A DNA stretch of 24,000 bases. It comes from Opitutales bacterium (GTDB taxonomy: Bacteria; Verrucomicrobiota; Verrucomicrobiia; Opitutales; UBA953). Positions 1-8,374 of the stretch are shown piece by piece. A program made the position numbers and the translations under genes. How positions within the stretch are numbered: the first letter of the stretch is position 1; the number at the start of each line of letters is the position of its first letter. The notes below the pieces were generated by a model that had not been told where the DNA came from, searched no databases, and saw only the letters and a program-made list of their open reading frames with translations. The stretch covers positions 5,273 to 29,272 of the forward strand of contig JAGBIL010000022.1 in assembly GCA_017935025.1 (NCBI GenBank), in the 5' to 3' direction.

Positions 1-189
1 CGCGTTAGTTCCCGCAAAGAGTTTTGTCCCATGTAGCTCCGCATCGGCGAGGTCCAAGTCTTTTTGATAATCCGGCGCTCAAGAATCTTGCCGAAAACAA
101 AAAGCGCTTCCCCAAAATTTTCCGTTTCATATCCCCGTTTTTTTTCCGGATTCCCTTTTTGGCGGGAACACGATTTGCTGAATCCGGTT

Positions 190-861
190 ATGAGCTTTTC
201 AAATATTTCTGCCGTGATTTTTGATATGGACGGCACGTTGCTGGATTCCGAACGGCTGAGCCATAAGGCTTGGGATGCCGCCGCACGGGAGATCGGCGAG
301 CGTGTTACACGGGAAATTTTTCTCAAAATGGTCGGACACCGTTCGGCGGATTGTATGCGGATTATGCAACGCGAAATCGGGCGGCCGCTTCCGGAGGAAA
401 AAATCATCGCTTCGGCGCGGGAACACTACGCGGCGTTGGTGCGTGCCGGGGTTCCGCTGATGCCGGGCGCTCGGGAAATGTTCGATTTCGCGCGGGAACG
501 CGGTTGGAAAATCGGCGTTGCGACCTCTACGCGTCGCGAAAGTGCGCAGGAAAAACTTGAGCGCGCCGGGCTGTGGGAGCGCGTCGATGTCGCGACGTGC
601 GGCGATGAAGTCTCGATCGGAAAACCCGATCCGGAAATCTATTGCGCGACGGCGGAAAAATTGGGCGTTCCCGCAGAAAATTGTCTTGCCGTGGAAGATT
701 CCCCGACGGGATTTCGAGCTGCGTTTTCCGCCGGTTGCGTCTCCGTGCTTGTTCCGGATCTGGTTGCGCCTACGCCCGAAGCGCTTCGCGACGCTGTCGG
801 AATTTTTTCCTCGTTGCTTGCTTTGCGGGAAAAACTTTGCGCGGAGTTGCCGCTCGCCTGA
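190..861 (+). CDS. HAD-superfamily hydrolase (beta-phosphoglucomutase/phosphatase-like)
   Basis: ORF 64..861; the likely start is ATG 190 (MSFSNISAVIFDMDGTLLDSE). HAD motif I (DMDGT), GKPDPEIY and EDSPTG blocks are visible in the translation. Confidence 0.85.
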   Translation: MSFSNISAVIFDMDGTLLDSERLSHKAWDAAAREIGERVTREIFLKMVGHRSADCMRIMQREIGRPLPEEKIIASAREHYAALVRAGVPLMPGAREMFDFARERGWKIGVATSTRRESAQEKLERAGLWERVDVATCGDEVSIGKPDPEIYCATAEKLGVPAENCLAVEDSPTGFRAAFSAGCVSVLVPDLVAPTPEALRDAVGIFSSLLALREKLCAELPLA

Positions 862-918
862 TTTTTTTGAAATTTGATTCTGTAAAATTTTTATTTTCGC
901 GCGTAAAATCCGTTCCCG

Positions 919-1668
919 ATGGAAGATTTGAAAAACCACTTAAAAATTGCGGAAGATGCGGCGCGCGATACGGGCGCGATCTTGCGTGCCGGCGGAAATT
1001 GCAGTGTCGCTCTCAACTCCGATACCGATGTCAAACTCGCTGCCGACGTCGATTCCGAAAAGCTCGTGCGGGAACGCCTCGGTGCGACGGGATTGCCGAT
1101 TTTCGGCGAAGAACTCGGCGGAGATCCCGCGCTTTACGATTCGCCGGGAACGCTTTATTGGGTCGTGGATCCGCTTGACGGAACGTTCAACTATCAGCGC
1201 GGGCAACCGCTGACCTGCGTCAGCATCGGGCTGATGCGCGGGAGCGAGCCTGTGCTCGGCGTGATTTATAATTTTAATGCGGATGAAATGTTTTCCGGCG
1301 TGGTCGGGACGGGGATTTTTCTGAACGGAGAAAAAATCGTTCCCGCGTGGGCGAGCGAGATTTCACAGGCGTGCCTGATGACGGGTTTCCCCGCGCTTGC
1401 GGACAAATCCCCCGAGGCTCTCGCTCCGTTTATCGCCGAAGTCGGAATGTTCAAAAAAATCCGCATGATCGGGACGGCCGCGCTCGCCATCGCCTACGTC
1501 GCTTCGGGGCGCGCCGACGTTTACAGCGAAAAGGGGACGAACCTCTGGGACGTTGCGGCGGGAATGGCGCTTGTTAAGGCTGCCGGAGGTTTTATCAAAA
1601 TTGAGCCGACCGGCAAGCGCGCGCTAAACTTCAATTTGCGTTGCGCCGCCCGCGAAGAGTGGCTTTGA
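919..1668 (+). CDS. Inositol monophosphatase family protein (SuhB/CysQ-like)
   Basis: 249-aa ORF with the WVVDPLDGTFNY metal-binding block and GTAALAIAYVASGRADVY block typical of the IMPase family. Confidence 0.85.
   Translation: MEDLKNHLKIAEDAARDTGAILRAGGNCSVALNSDTDVKLAADVDSEKLVRERLGATGLPIFGEELGGDPALYDSPGTLYWVVDPLDGTFNYQRGQPLTCVSIGLMRGSEPVLGVIYNFNADEMFSGVVGTGIFLNGEKIVPAWASEISQACLMTGFPALADKSPEALAPFIAEVGMFKKIRMIGTAALAIAYVASGRADVYSEKGTNLWDVAAGMALVKAAGGFIKIEPTGKRALNFNLRCAAREEWL
1622..1640 (+). promoter_or_regulatory. Copy of the CGCTAAAYTTCAATTTGCG element, inside the 3' end of the IMPase-family gene
   Basis: cgctaaacttcaatttgcg matches 23815-23833 at 18 of 19 positions. Its function here is unknown. 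Confidence 0.3.
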
Positions 1669-1692
1669 GAGAGAAAAAAAGCGAATTGACGT

Positions 1693-1734
1693 AAAACAAA
1701 AGAAGCGCTCCCGCGGGAACGCTTCTTTTGTTTT
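1693..1734. terminator. Bidirectional intrinsic terminator between convergent IMPase-family gene and tpiA
   Basis: aaaacaaaagaagcg-ctcccgcgggaa-cgcttcttttgtttt. The outer stem is a perfect 15 bp, the inner tcccgcggga is a palindrome, and A/T runs lie on both sides. Confidence 0.75.
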
Positions 1735-1751
1735 GTCGGTCGGAAGACCTC

Positions 1752-2528
1752 TTAGGCTTTCGCTGCTTGAGCCTTGACGCCGCTGTTGACGAGCGCGAGG
1801 AAATCGTTCGCAACGAGAGCCGCGCCGCCGATCAGGCCGCCGTCAATGTCCGGCTTGGCGAGGAGTTCGTCCGCGTTGGACGGTTTCATCGAGCCGCCGT
1901 AAAGGATGCGGATGTTTGCGGAAACGGTGCCGAGGATTTCGGTGAGCGTTTTGCGAATGAAAGCGTGAACTTCCTGCGCCTGTTCCGGTGTCGCCGTTTT
2001 GCCCGTGCCGATCGCCCAAACCGGTTCGTACGCGATAACGATGCTTTCCGCTTTGTCTGCGGGAACGTCTGCGAGACCGCCGACGAGCTGGGTTTTGATC
2101 ACTTCTTCAACCTTGCCGGCTTCGCGTTCTTCGAGCGTTTCGCCGACGCAGAGAACGGGCTTGAGGTTGCTTTCGAGGCAAGCGAGAACCTTCTTGTTGA
2201 TGAACGCGTCCGTTTCGCCGTAGTAGCTGCGGCGTTCGCTGTGTCCGAGGATGACGTAGGAAACCTGAAGGTCGCGGAGCATGGCGGCGGAGATTTCGCC
2301 CGTGTAAGCGCCGGACGCTTTGTCGCTGACGTTTTGTGCGCCGATTTTTGCCGTCGAGTTGCCGACGAGGGCGGAAACGGCGGGAATCGACGTGAATGTC
2401 GGGCACATCAGGACGTCGATGTCGTTCTGATTCGCGACGGCGTCGATGATCGGCTTTGCGAGTTCAACGGCTTCCGTAGCCGTTTTGTTCATTTTCCAGT
2501 TACCTGCAATGAGAATTTTGCGTGACAT
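1752..2528 (-). CDS. tpiA: Triosephosphate isomerase
   Basis: 258 aa; N-terminal IAGNWKMNKT and the AYEPVWAIGTGKTATPEQAQEVH active-site signature. Confidence 0.95.
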   Translation of the reverse strand: MSRKILIAGNWKMNKTATEAVELAKPIIDAVANQNDIDVLMCPTFTSIPAVSALVGNSTAKIGAQNVSDKASGAYTGEISAAMLRDLQVSYVILGHSERRSYYGETDAFINKKVLACLESNLKPVLCVGETLEEREAGKVEEVIKTQLVGGLADVPADKAESIVIAYEPVWAIGTGKTATPEQAQEVHAFIRKTLTEILGTVSANIRILYGGSMKPSNADELLAKPDIDGGLIGGAALVANDFLALVNSGVKAQAAKA

Positions 2529-2576
2529 GATTTTTAATTAAAAATGGATGATTGATAGTGGATATTTTTCAGTAAA

Positions 2577-2677
2577 TAACGAACAGTGAATAATGAATAA
2601 CGCAGTGCTTAAGGTTTTTGCTTTGGCAAAAACTTTGAACAATGAATTATTCACTATTCGTTATTCATTGTTCGTTA
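2577..2677. repeat. Nested imperfect inverted repeat (long stem-loop) in the pgk-tpiA intercistronic spacer
   Basis: The outer arms 2577-2599 (taacgaacagtgaataatgaata) and 2655-2677 pair at about 21 of 23 positions. The inner hairpin is gtttttgc-tttg-gcaaaaac at 2614-2633. No T-run follows on the transcribed (minus) strand. Confidence 0.6.
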
Positions 2678-2681
2678 AATC

Positions 2682-3926
2682 TTATTCCTTATCGAGGGCA
2701 TCGACACCCGGGAGAATTTTGCCTTCGAGGAGTTCGAGGGAAGCGCCGCCGCCCGTGGAGCAGTGCGAAACGGTTTTCGCAACGCCGAATTTCTTTGCCG
2801 CCGTTGCCGTATCACCGCCGCCGACAACCGTCGTCGCACCGTCCGCCGTCGCTTTCGCAATCGCGTCCGCCATGGCTTTCGTTCCCGCGGCAAAGCTGTC
2901 GAATTCAAAGACACCCGCCGGACCGTTCCAAACGATGGTTTTAGAAGCGAGAATGGAAGCGGTGAAGATTTCGTTGGTTTTCGGGCCGACATCGAGACCC
3001 ATCCAGCCGGCGGGAATGCCGGTTTCGTCGGTTGCCGCCTGCGTTGCCGCGTCTGCCGCGAACTTGTCGCCGCAAATGTAGTCGACCGGAAGCGTGATTT
3101 TCACGCCTTTTTCCTGCGCCTTTGCTATGAGTTCGGGAACGAGCTTTGCGCCTTCTTCGTCGAAGAGGGAGGAACCGATTTCCATGTTTTGCATGACTTT
3201 CTTGAACGTGAACGCCATGCCGCCGCCAATGATGATTTCGTTGGCTTTGTCGATAAGGTTCTTGATCAGCGGGATTTTGTCGGCGATCTTTGCTCCGCCG
3301 AGAATGGCGAGAAGCGGGCGAGCCGGATTGTCGAGCACCGCCGCAAATGCCTTGAGTTCCTTTTCCATGAGGAAGCCGGCAACCTTCGCGGGAAGATCGA
3401 CACCGACCATCGAGGAGTGCGCGCGGTGTGCCGTGCCGAACGCGTCATTCACGTAAACATCGACGTTCTTGGAAAGGCTGGCGCGGAATTCTGCAACTTT
3501 CGCGGGATCGGCTTTGATTTTGTTTCCGTCGGCATCTTTTGCCTTGCCTTCTTCTTCGATGTGGAAACGAAGGTTTTCGAGGAGGAGAATTTCGCCCGGC
3601 TTGAGATCGGCTTTCGCCTGTTCGGCGGCTTCGCCGACACAGTCTTCAACGAACTTTACCGGTTTGCCGATCTGTTTGGAAAGCTCTTCGGCGACGGGTT
3701 TGAGGGAGAACTTGGGTGTTACCTGACCGTTCGGGCGGCCGAGGTGCGAGGCGAGGACGACCGCCGCGCCGTTGTCGAGCGCGTATTGAATGGTCGGAAG
3801 CGCTGCGATGATGCGTTGCGGGTTGGTAATTGCGCCCGTTACTTTGTCTTGCGGGACATTGAAGTCAACGCGGATGAAGACGCGTTTGCCGTTAACATCG
3901 ATATCACGAATTGTTTTAGCTGCCAT
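2682..3926 (-). CDS. pgk: Phosphoglycerate kinase
   Basis: 414 aa; RVDFNVP N-terminal block, the SHLGRP region and the C-terminal VVGGGDTA motif. Confidence 0.95.
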   Translation of the reverse strand: MAAKTIRDIDVNGKRVFIRVDFNVPQDKVTGAITNPQRIIAALPTIQYALDNGAAVVLASHLGRPNGQVTPKFSLKPVAEELSKQIGKPVKFVEDCVGEAAEQAKADLKPGEILLLENLRFHIEEEGKAKDADGNKIKADPAKVAEFRASLSKNVDVYVNDAFGTAHRAHSSMVGVDLPAKVAGFLMEKELKAFAAVLDNPARPLLAILGGAKIADKIPLIKNLIDKANEIIIGGGMAFTFKKVMQNMEIGSSLFDEEGAKLVPELIAKAQEKGVKITLPVDYICGDKFAADAATQAATDETGIPAGWMGLDVGPKTNEIFTASILASKTIVWNGPAGVFEFDSFAAGTKAMADAIAKATADGATTVVGGGDTATAAKKFGVAKTVSHCSTGGGASLELLEGKILPGVDALDKE

Positions 3927-3957
3927 AGTCTTTTAGATTTTTAAAAAGTCTTTCCAT

Positions 3958-4063
3958 TAAACGCGCGCGGGAACGGCTTTGCAAATGCAAAAAAGGCACT
4001 TAGCTTCGGCAACGTTTTAGCGTTTTAAATTTCTCTGAAACATTTGCGTTCCCGTCGCGTTTA
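3958..4063. repeat. Inverted pair of the GCGGGAACG-type motif with shared flanks, in the pgk / ECF-sigma divergent intergenic region
   Basis: Left arm taaacgcgcgcgggaacgg (3958-3976). The reverse complement of the right arm (4046-4063) is taaacgcgacgggaacgc. Matching blocks are 8+8 nt around a small bulge, about 70 nt apart. Confidence 0.5.
4036..4061 (+). promoter_or_regulatory. Candidate ECF-type promoter (TGAAAC-N16-CGTT) upstream of the ECF sigma gene
   Basis: tgaaac at 4036-4041, a 16-nt spacer, then cgtt at 4058-4061, 20 nt before ATG 4081. It resembles the generic ECF -35 AAC / -10 CGT pattern. This is a pattern match only. Confidence 0.3.
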
Positions 4064-4080
4064 TCCTCTACTATAAACTG

Positions 4081-4650
4081 ATGAGCGAAGCCCGAAGATC
4101 TCCCTGCGAGCCCGACCCTGACGCACAGCGTATGCAACGCATAGCTTCGGGGGATTTTTCGGCGATGCGGGAACTTGTCGAACGCTGGCAAAAGCCGCTG
4201 ATAAACTTCTTTTTCCGTTCGGTCAATTCCGTCCATACGGCGGAAGATTTGGCGCAGGCGACGTTTGTCAAAATTTTTCGCAATGCGGGAACATACGAGC
4301 CGAAAGCGCGCTTTTCGAGTTGGCTTTTTCTCGTTGCGCGTTCGATTCTCATCAGCAATTTCCGCAAGGAAATCGCGCGCCCCTCGACGGCGACCGATCC
4401 CGCTGATTTGCCCGCTGTGGCGGTGCCGACCGATGAGCTCGGCGTTTTCGATTTGGAGCAGGCTTTTTCCGAATCGGTAAAAACGCTTCCGGAAAACCAC
4501 CGCACGGCAATTCTGCTTTTGTGTCAACAGGAGCTTTCCTACGAGGAAATCGCCGAGACGATGGAAACAAATGTGCAAAACGTAAAAACATGGATTTTCC
4601 GCGCGCGCCGGAGCCTGCGCGAGACCCTTTCCGTTTTTCTGGAAAAATAA
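4081..4650 (+). CDS. ECF-subfamily RNA polymerase sigma-70 factor
   Basis: 189 aa. Region 2 block (AEDLAQATFVKIF...FSSWLFLVARSILISNFRK) and region 4 HTH (LSYEEIAETMETNVQNVKTWIFRARRSLRE). Confidence 0.85.
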   Translation: MSEARRSPCEPDPDAQRMQRIASGDFSAMRELVERWQKPLINFFFRSVNSVHTAEDLAQATFVKIFRNAGTYEPKARFSSWLFLVARSILISNFRKEIARPSTATDPADLPAVAVPTDELGVFDLEQAFSESVKTLPENHRTAILLLCQQELSYEEIAETMETNVQNVKTWIFRARRSLRETLSVFLEK

Positions 4651-4705
4651 ATTTTCGGTGTGCTGAAACTTTTTTGAAAATTTTTCGTTTTCCTAAACAT
4701 AAGCA

Positions 4706-5206
4706 ATGAAAAAGAATGCCACAGTCGATGCCGACAAGCGCTTGGAGATCTTGCTCGCGGGAACGCCGCTTGAACCCTCGGGCGATTTTTTGCGTCGCGT
4801 TTGTGAGGCGTGTCTGGACGAAATGATTGACGCGAAACTCGCGCAGATGCCCGTCGAGCCGCGCGCGGATTTTGCGGATCGCGTGATGGCGGAAATTTCT
4901 TCGGGAAACAATGTTGTCGCGTTCCCGCGGCGCTTTTCGGCGTTTCGCCGTGCGTTTCGCGTATCCGCCGCAGGCGTTGCCGCCGCGCTCGCCGTAACCG
5001 TCGGAATTTTCTCGCTGAAACCGCAGGCGACATCGCTCAACGAGCAGGTGGCAAGCGTAATCAGCGCCGATCCCGAGCTTGCCCGACTCGCTTTGCCGGA
5101 TGACGATTTTACGCTTAGCGAACTTGTCGCCGCGTCGGAACTTTTGACGGCGCTCAACGATAATTCCTCTCAAACCGCAGATTTTTTTGCATACTATGAA
5201 AACTAA
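4706..5206 (+). CDS. Putative single-pass anti-sigma factor
   Basis: Lies immediately downstream of the ECF sigma gene. 166 aa with one central hydrophobic helix (VSAAGVAAALAVTVGIFSL). No recognisable ZAS HxxxCxxC motif. Assignment rests on position and topology only. Confidence 0.4.
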   Translation: MKKNATVDADKRLEILLAGTPLEPSGDFLRRVCEACLDEMIDAKLAQMPVEPRADFADRVMAEISSGNNVVAFPRRFSAFRRAFRVSAAGVAAALAVTVGIFSLKPQATSLNEQVASVISADPELARLALPDDDFTLSELVAASELLTALNDNSSQTADFFAYYEN

Positions 5207-5801
5207 GATCACAGCAATACTCACGTTCTTCGCTGCGTCCGTTTTCGCTTTCGCGGAAACCGTTGCCGAAGCTCAAAAAGCACCCGAAACTGCTCCGGCT
5301 CCGCAAGTTTGTGCCGAGCAGCCCAAAAAATGCCCGAAGGCCTGCCCGCAAATTTCTCAGGAAATGCGCGAAGCGTTCGTGCAGCGCATTCTTCTTTCGC
5401 TCAGCGAAGAAGATTTGGCAAAGCTCGCCGAAAAGGTTGATGCCGTTCGCAAAATGACTCCGGAGCAGAAGGCGGAAGCGCGCAAGGCGCTCCCGAAACC
5501 GCATTTCTGCCCGGCTTCGCAGATGAAAAAATCCTGCGGCGAGCCCGGATGCAAATTCGGTCCGAAAGGTCCGAAGTGCAAGGGTCCGAAAGGCAACGAT
5601 TGCTGCGGATCGAAATGCGGAGGCAAGAAAATGGGTAAATGCCACCACGGTCGCCGCGGTCCGGGAGCGAAATTTCACGGGCATCGCGGACACGGTCCGA
5701 AAGCTCCGGGTGCGAAGCCCTGTATGTGCCCGAAAAAGGGTGCGCCGCTCCCGCCGCCGGCTTCGGACGCTCCTGCCGCAGAAGCGCCTGTCGCAGAATA
5801 A
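5196..5801 (+). CDS. Secreted protein with Cys/His/Gly/Lys/Pro-rich C-terminal half (possible periplasmic metal-binding protein)
   Basis: ATG 5196 (MKTKITAILTFFAASVFAFAE, signal-peptide-like) overlaps the upstream stop by 11 nt. The C-terminal half reads CGEPGCKFGPKGPKCKGPKGNDCCGSKCGGKKMGKCHHGRRGPGAKFHGHRGHG. Confidence 0.6.
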   Translation: MKTKITAILTFFAASVFAFAETVAEAQKAPETAPAPQVCAEQPKKCPKACPQISQEMREAFVQRILLSLSEEDLAKLAEKVDAVRKMTPEQKAEARKALPKPHFCPASQMKKSCGEPGCKFGPKGPKCKGPKGNDCCGSKCGGKKMGKCHHGRRGPGAKFHGHRGHGPKAPGAKPCMCPKKGAPLPPPASDAPAAEAPVAE

Positions 5802-5841
5802 TCGACGAGACGCCGCAAGGTCGTTTTAACGACTGTGTTAT

Positions 5842-5892
5842 CGTTCCCGTGAAAATCCTTGTTGAAAATTTTCGCGGGAACGTTTCTTTTTT
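5842..5892 (+). terminator. Intrinsic terminator built from an inverted pair of the abundant motif
   Basis: cgttcccgtgaaaat (5842-5856) pairs with attttcgcgggaacg (5868-5882) with one mismatch, followed by tttctttttt. Confidence 0.65.
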
Positions 5893-5910
5893 GAAAATTC
5901 CTCTAAAAAA

Positions 5911-6462
5911 ATGACTATGAATTTCCGAAATCTGATTCTTTCCGCTGTTTTGTCGCTCGGATTTTCCGCCTTCGTTTTTGCCGATGCGGAAAAAATGTCC
6001 GTTCCCGCAGGAGGGCCGCAGGATCGGGGACCGGAAAATACGGAGATCTCCGATGCGCCTCCGCCGCCCGCATTTTCGCGCGAGGATGCGCGTATGCTCA
6101 AACGCCTTTTCCTCATGAAAAATGAGGAGTTGCACCGCTTGGGCGAATTTATCCGCCGCTTGGAAAAAATACCTCCGGAGCGCCGCAGGCAGATGGCGGA
6201 GGATTTGGAGCGCGCCGCGTCCGTTAAAACGCCCGAGCAGCGCCGCGCGTTTGAAAAAGATATGCGGGAACGTTTCCGCCGCGAACGCTCCGATTTGCTC
6301 GCTCGATATTTTGCTGCGCTTCCGCCGGAGCAGGCGGATGCCGAACGCAAGAAATTTCTTTCGCTCGACCGGAAAGCGCGTCGCGCCTACATCGCCGACG
6401 TACGCCGCAAGCTCGGGTACGAGCCGTTCCCGCCGCCTCCGCCGAAAAAAGGTGAAAACTGA
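5911..6462 (+). CDS. Secreted helical protein with repeated x-P-P/T-E-Q/R-R motifs (DUF3106-like by eye)
   Basis: Signal-peptide-like N-terminus (MTMNFRNLILSAVLSLGFSAFVFADA). Repeated motifs KIPPERRRQM, KTPEQRRAFE and LPPEQADAERKKF. Shares the L-x-x-E-[DE]-L...K-x-[TP]-P-E motif with the preceding gene. Confidence 0.6.
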   Translation: MTMNFRNLILSAVLSLGFSAFVFADAEKMSVPAGGPQDRGPENTEISDAPPPPAFSREDARMLKRLFLMKNEELHRLGEFIRRLEKIPPERRRQMAEDLERAASVKTPEQRRAFEKDMRERFRRERSDLLARYFAALPPEQADAERKKFLSLDRKARRAYIADVRRKLGYEPFPPPPPKKGEN

Positions 6463-6485
6463 AATCCGGCGGGATTTTCTTTCGC

Positions 6486-6539
6486 CGTTCCCGCGATAGG
6501 AAAAAGGTTGAGAAGCGGCGCGGGAACGCTATGATTTTT
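6486..6539 (+). terminator. Terminator-like hairpin from an inverted pair of the abundant motif
   Basis: cgttcccgcg (6486-6495) and cgcgggaacg (6519-6528) form a 10-bp stem with a 23-nt loop. A short T-run (6535-6539) lies 6 nt downstream. The geometry is weak for a canonical terminator. Confidence 0.35.
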
Positions 6540-6543
6540 CGCC

Positions 6544-8139
6544 ATGAGCGAAGACGAGAAAACTCCGCCCCGGACCTCTGATACCCCTGCTTCCGACGAA
6601 GGCTACTGCGTTCGAAAATTTTCTTTTTCCGAACTCTTCGTGCGCGCGAAAAAATTCGGGCTCGGTTTTTACGACGAAGTTTGGAAACCGACTGTTTCCG
6701 GCGAGCGTTCGTTCCCGCTTCAGGCGTTTTTTCTGCTCTGGCGCGTTGTCGAAATTACAATTGCGCGCACGCTGACCAACCGGATTCCGCTTCAGGCGGC
6801 GGCGCTCACATATTATTTGCTCATGGCGCTGGCACCGTTTGTGATGTTTGTGCTCACGATTTTCGGCGTCGTGATGAACGTGCGCGGGGAGGAAGCCGTA
6901 GAAACGATGAAACTCCGTATTGCCGAAACGATGCAGCTCATCGCGCCGGAAACGGTCGCCGCCGAGCAAAATGCCGCAGAGGCGGCATCGCTGGAATCCG
7001 GACACACGGTGGTGGCGACGGTCGCGCCGGAATTGCAGGAATTTGCCAATAATCTTTTAGAAAGTACAATGGCGAATTCGAGCTCTGCGGGAACGATCGG
7101 TTTTATCGTTCTCGCCGTTCTCGCGATTTTCATGGTCGCGCGTGTGGAGGACGCGTACAACCTGATGTGGAACGTCAAGCTCGGGCGGAGCTGGAGTAAA
7201 CGCTTTCTTGTATATTTTCTCTTTCTCGTGTTCGGCGGCGCGTTGGTCGCGGTTTCCGCTTCGGTGCTTTCCGTTTCCGCCGCGTTTCGCGGGATCACGG
7301 CAATGACGGGAACGGTGCCGGATTGGGCGGCGTCGCTTCCCGGCGGCGAAGCGTTTTTCGGGCTGATGACGACGTTTGTTCCGACGCTGATTGCGTTTCT
7401 TGCGCTCACGCTCGCTTTTGCCTGTTTGAATAAATATATGCCGAAAACGTCGGTGCGCTGGCGTCCGGCGCTGATCGGCGGGGCGTTTGTCGCGCTCGTC
7501 TTCATCGTAAACCAAAAGCTGGCAATGATTTATGTGCGCCAGATTTCCGAGTTCAATTCGATTTACGGAAACCTCAGCGTCATTTTTATCATTATGTTCA
7601 TGCTCTACATGGGCTGGATTTTTGTTCTGTTGGGCGGGCAACTTTCTTTCGCGGTGCAGAACGCGCGCTTTTTGAAAAATCTGAATCGGGAATGGGCGGA
7701 GCTGAGTCCGCGCTCGAAGCAGGAAGCCTTTTTCGCGTGCCTTTTCGCTATTTTCGCCAAGTGTTCCCGCGACCCCGTCGGCTTTACGCCGAACGAGCTC
7801 AGCCACAAGCTCAGCGTTCCCGTGAATCATGTGTTGGAATGTGTCGACGTTCTGGAAGCGCAGGGCATGATTGTTCAGCTGGCGGGCGACGGAAGCGAAC
7901 CGCGTTACAACACGACGGGCTCGGTGCCGAAAATGACCGTTTCCGAAATTAAGCGGCGTTTCGATAATCTGCGTGAGCCGCTTTTCCTCGGCGGAGACCG
8001 GGAAATCCGTGTCGCGCTCAAGCGTTTTTCCCGGGCGTTTTTCGCCTGCCGCGACACGATGACGGTTGACGAACTTCTCCGCATCGCCGGCTCCCGCGAC
8101 AAACGGAACAAACGGGAAGAGTTGAAAATTGAAAGCTGA
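6544..8139 (+). CDS. YihY/virulence factor BrkB family membrane protein with long C-terminal cytoplasmic extension
   Basis: 531 aa. AAALTYYLLMALAPFVMFVL and multiple later TM helices typical of YihY. The last ~135 aa are soluble and include the winged-helix-like segment FTPNELSHKLSVPVNHVLECVDVLEAQGMIVQL. Confidence 0.8.
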   Translation: MSEDEKTPPRTSDTPASDEGYCVRKFSFSELFVRAKKFGLGFYDEVWKPTVSGERSFPLQAFFLLWRVVEITIARTLTNRIPLQAAALTYYLLMALAPFVMFVLTIFGVVMNVRGEEAVETMKLRIAETMQLIAPETVAAEQNAAEAASLESGHTVVATVAPELQEFANNLLESTMANSSSAGTIGFIVLAVLAIFMVARVEDAYNLMWNVKLGRSWSKRFLVYFLFLVFGGALVAVSASVLSVSAAFRGITAMTGTVPDWAASLPGGEAFFGLMTTFVPTLIAFLALTLAFACLNKYMPKTSVRWRPALIGGAFVALVFIVNQKLAMIYVRQISEFNSIYGNLSVIFIIMFMLYMGWIFVLLGGQLSFAVQNARFLKNLNREWAELSPRSKQEAFFACLFAIFAKCSRDPVGFTPNELSHKLSVPVNHVLECVDVLEAQGMIVQLAGDGSEPRYNTTGSVPKMTVSEIKRRFDNLREPLFLGGDREIRVALKRFSRAFFACRDTMTVDELLRIAGSRDKRNKREELKIES

Positions 8140-8374
8140 GTCGTGAAAGTTCTTTCTTTAACCGGGAAGGGACAAAAGAAAAAGAAGTTTTTATTTTGAT
8201 TTTTAAGGGAAGAATTAAAACTCCGGAGGAGCGTCACTTCGTTAACCCCATGCGAAGCGAGCAACGCGAGCGGATCTTGGGAAAAAGATTGCAGTATTAG
8301 CTTTAAGCCCTCATCTCTCATCTTTTTTTTCTTATTTCTATTTCGCGGAGGCGGAATTACAATTTCCCGCAATT

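Noticed and set aside
1-32. Possible minus-strand gene start (ATG at 32-30, MGQNSLRELT...) running off the left edge.
   Set aside because: Only 10 codons are visible, so no product or reality check is possible.
64-189. Upstream-extended start codons offered by the ORF track: 64 for the HAD gene, 5187, 15869, 16831, 17609, 21303, and 23780 on the minus strand.
   Set aside because: The extensions overlap upstream genes, terminators or conserved intergenic elements and add non-homologous residues. Internal ATGs give N-termini that match family expectations or have better spacing or RBS.
1728-3944. Long plus-strand ORFs 1728..2525 (265 aa) and 2763..3944 (393 aa), antisense to tpiA and pgk.
   Set aside because: The opposite strand encodes unmistakable TpiA and Pgk signatures. 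The antisense translations are Arg/Ala/Gly-rich low-complexity shadow ORFs typical of GC-rich DNA.
8140-8374. 235-bp AT-rich spacer between the YihY gene and panE as a possible ncRNA (SRP, tmRNA or riboswitch).
   Set aside because: I could find no conserved core motif of the common structured RNAs and no convincing hairpin set. It is left unexplained.
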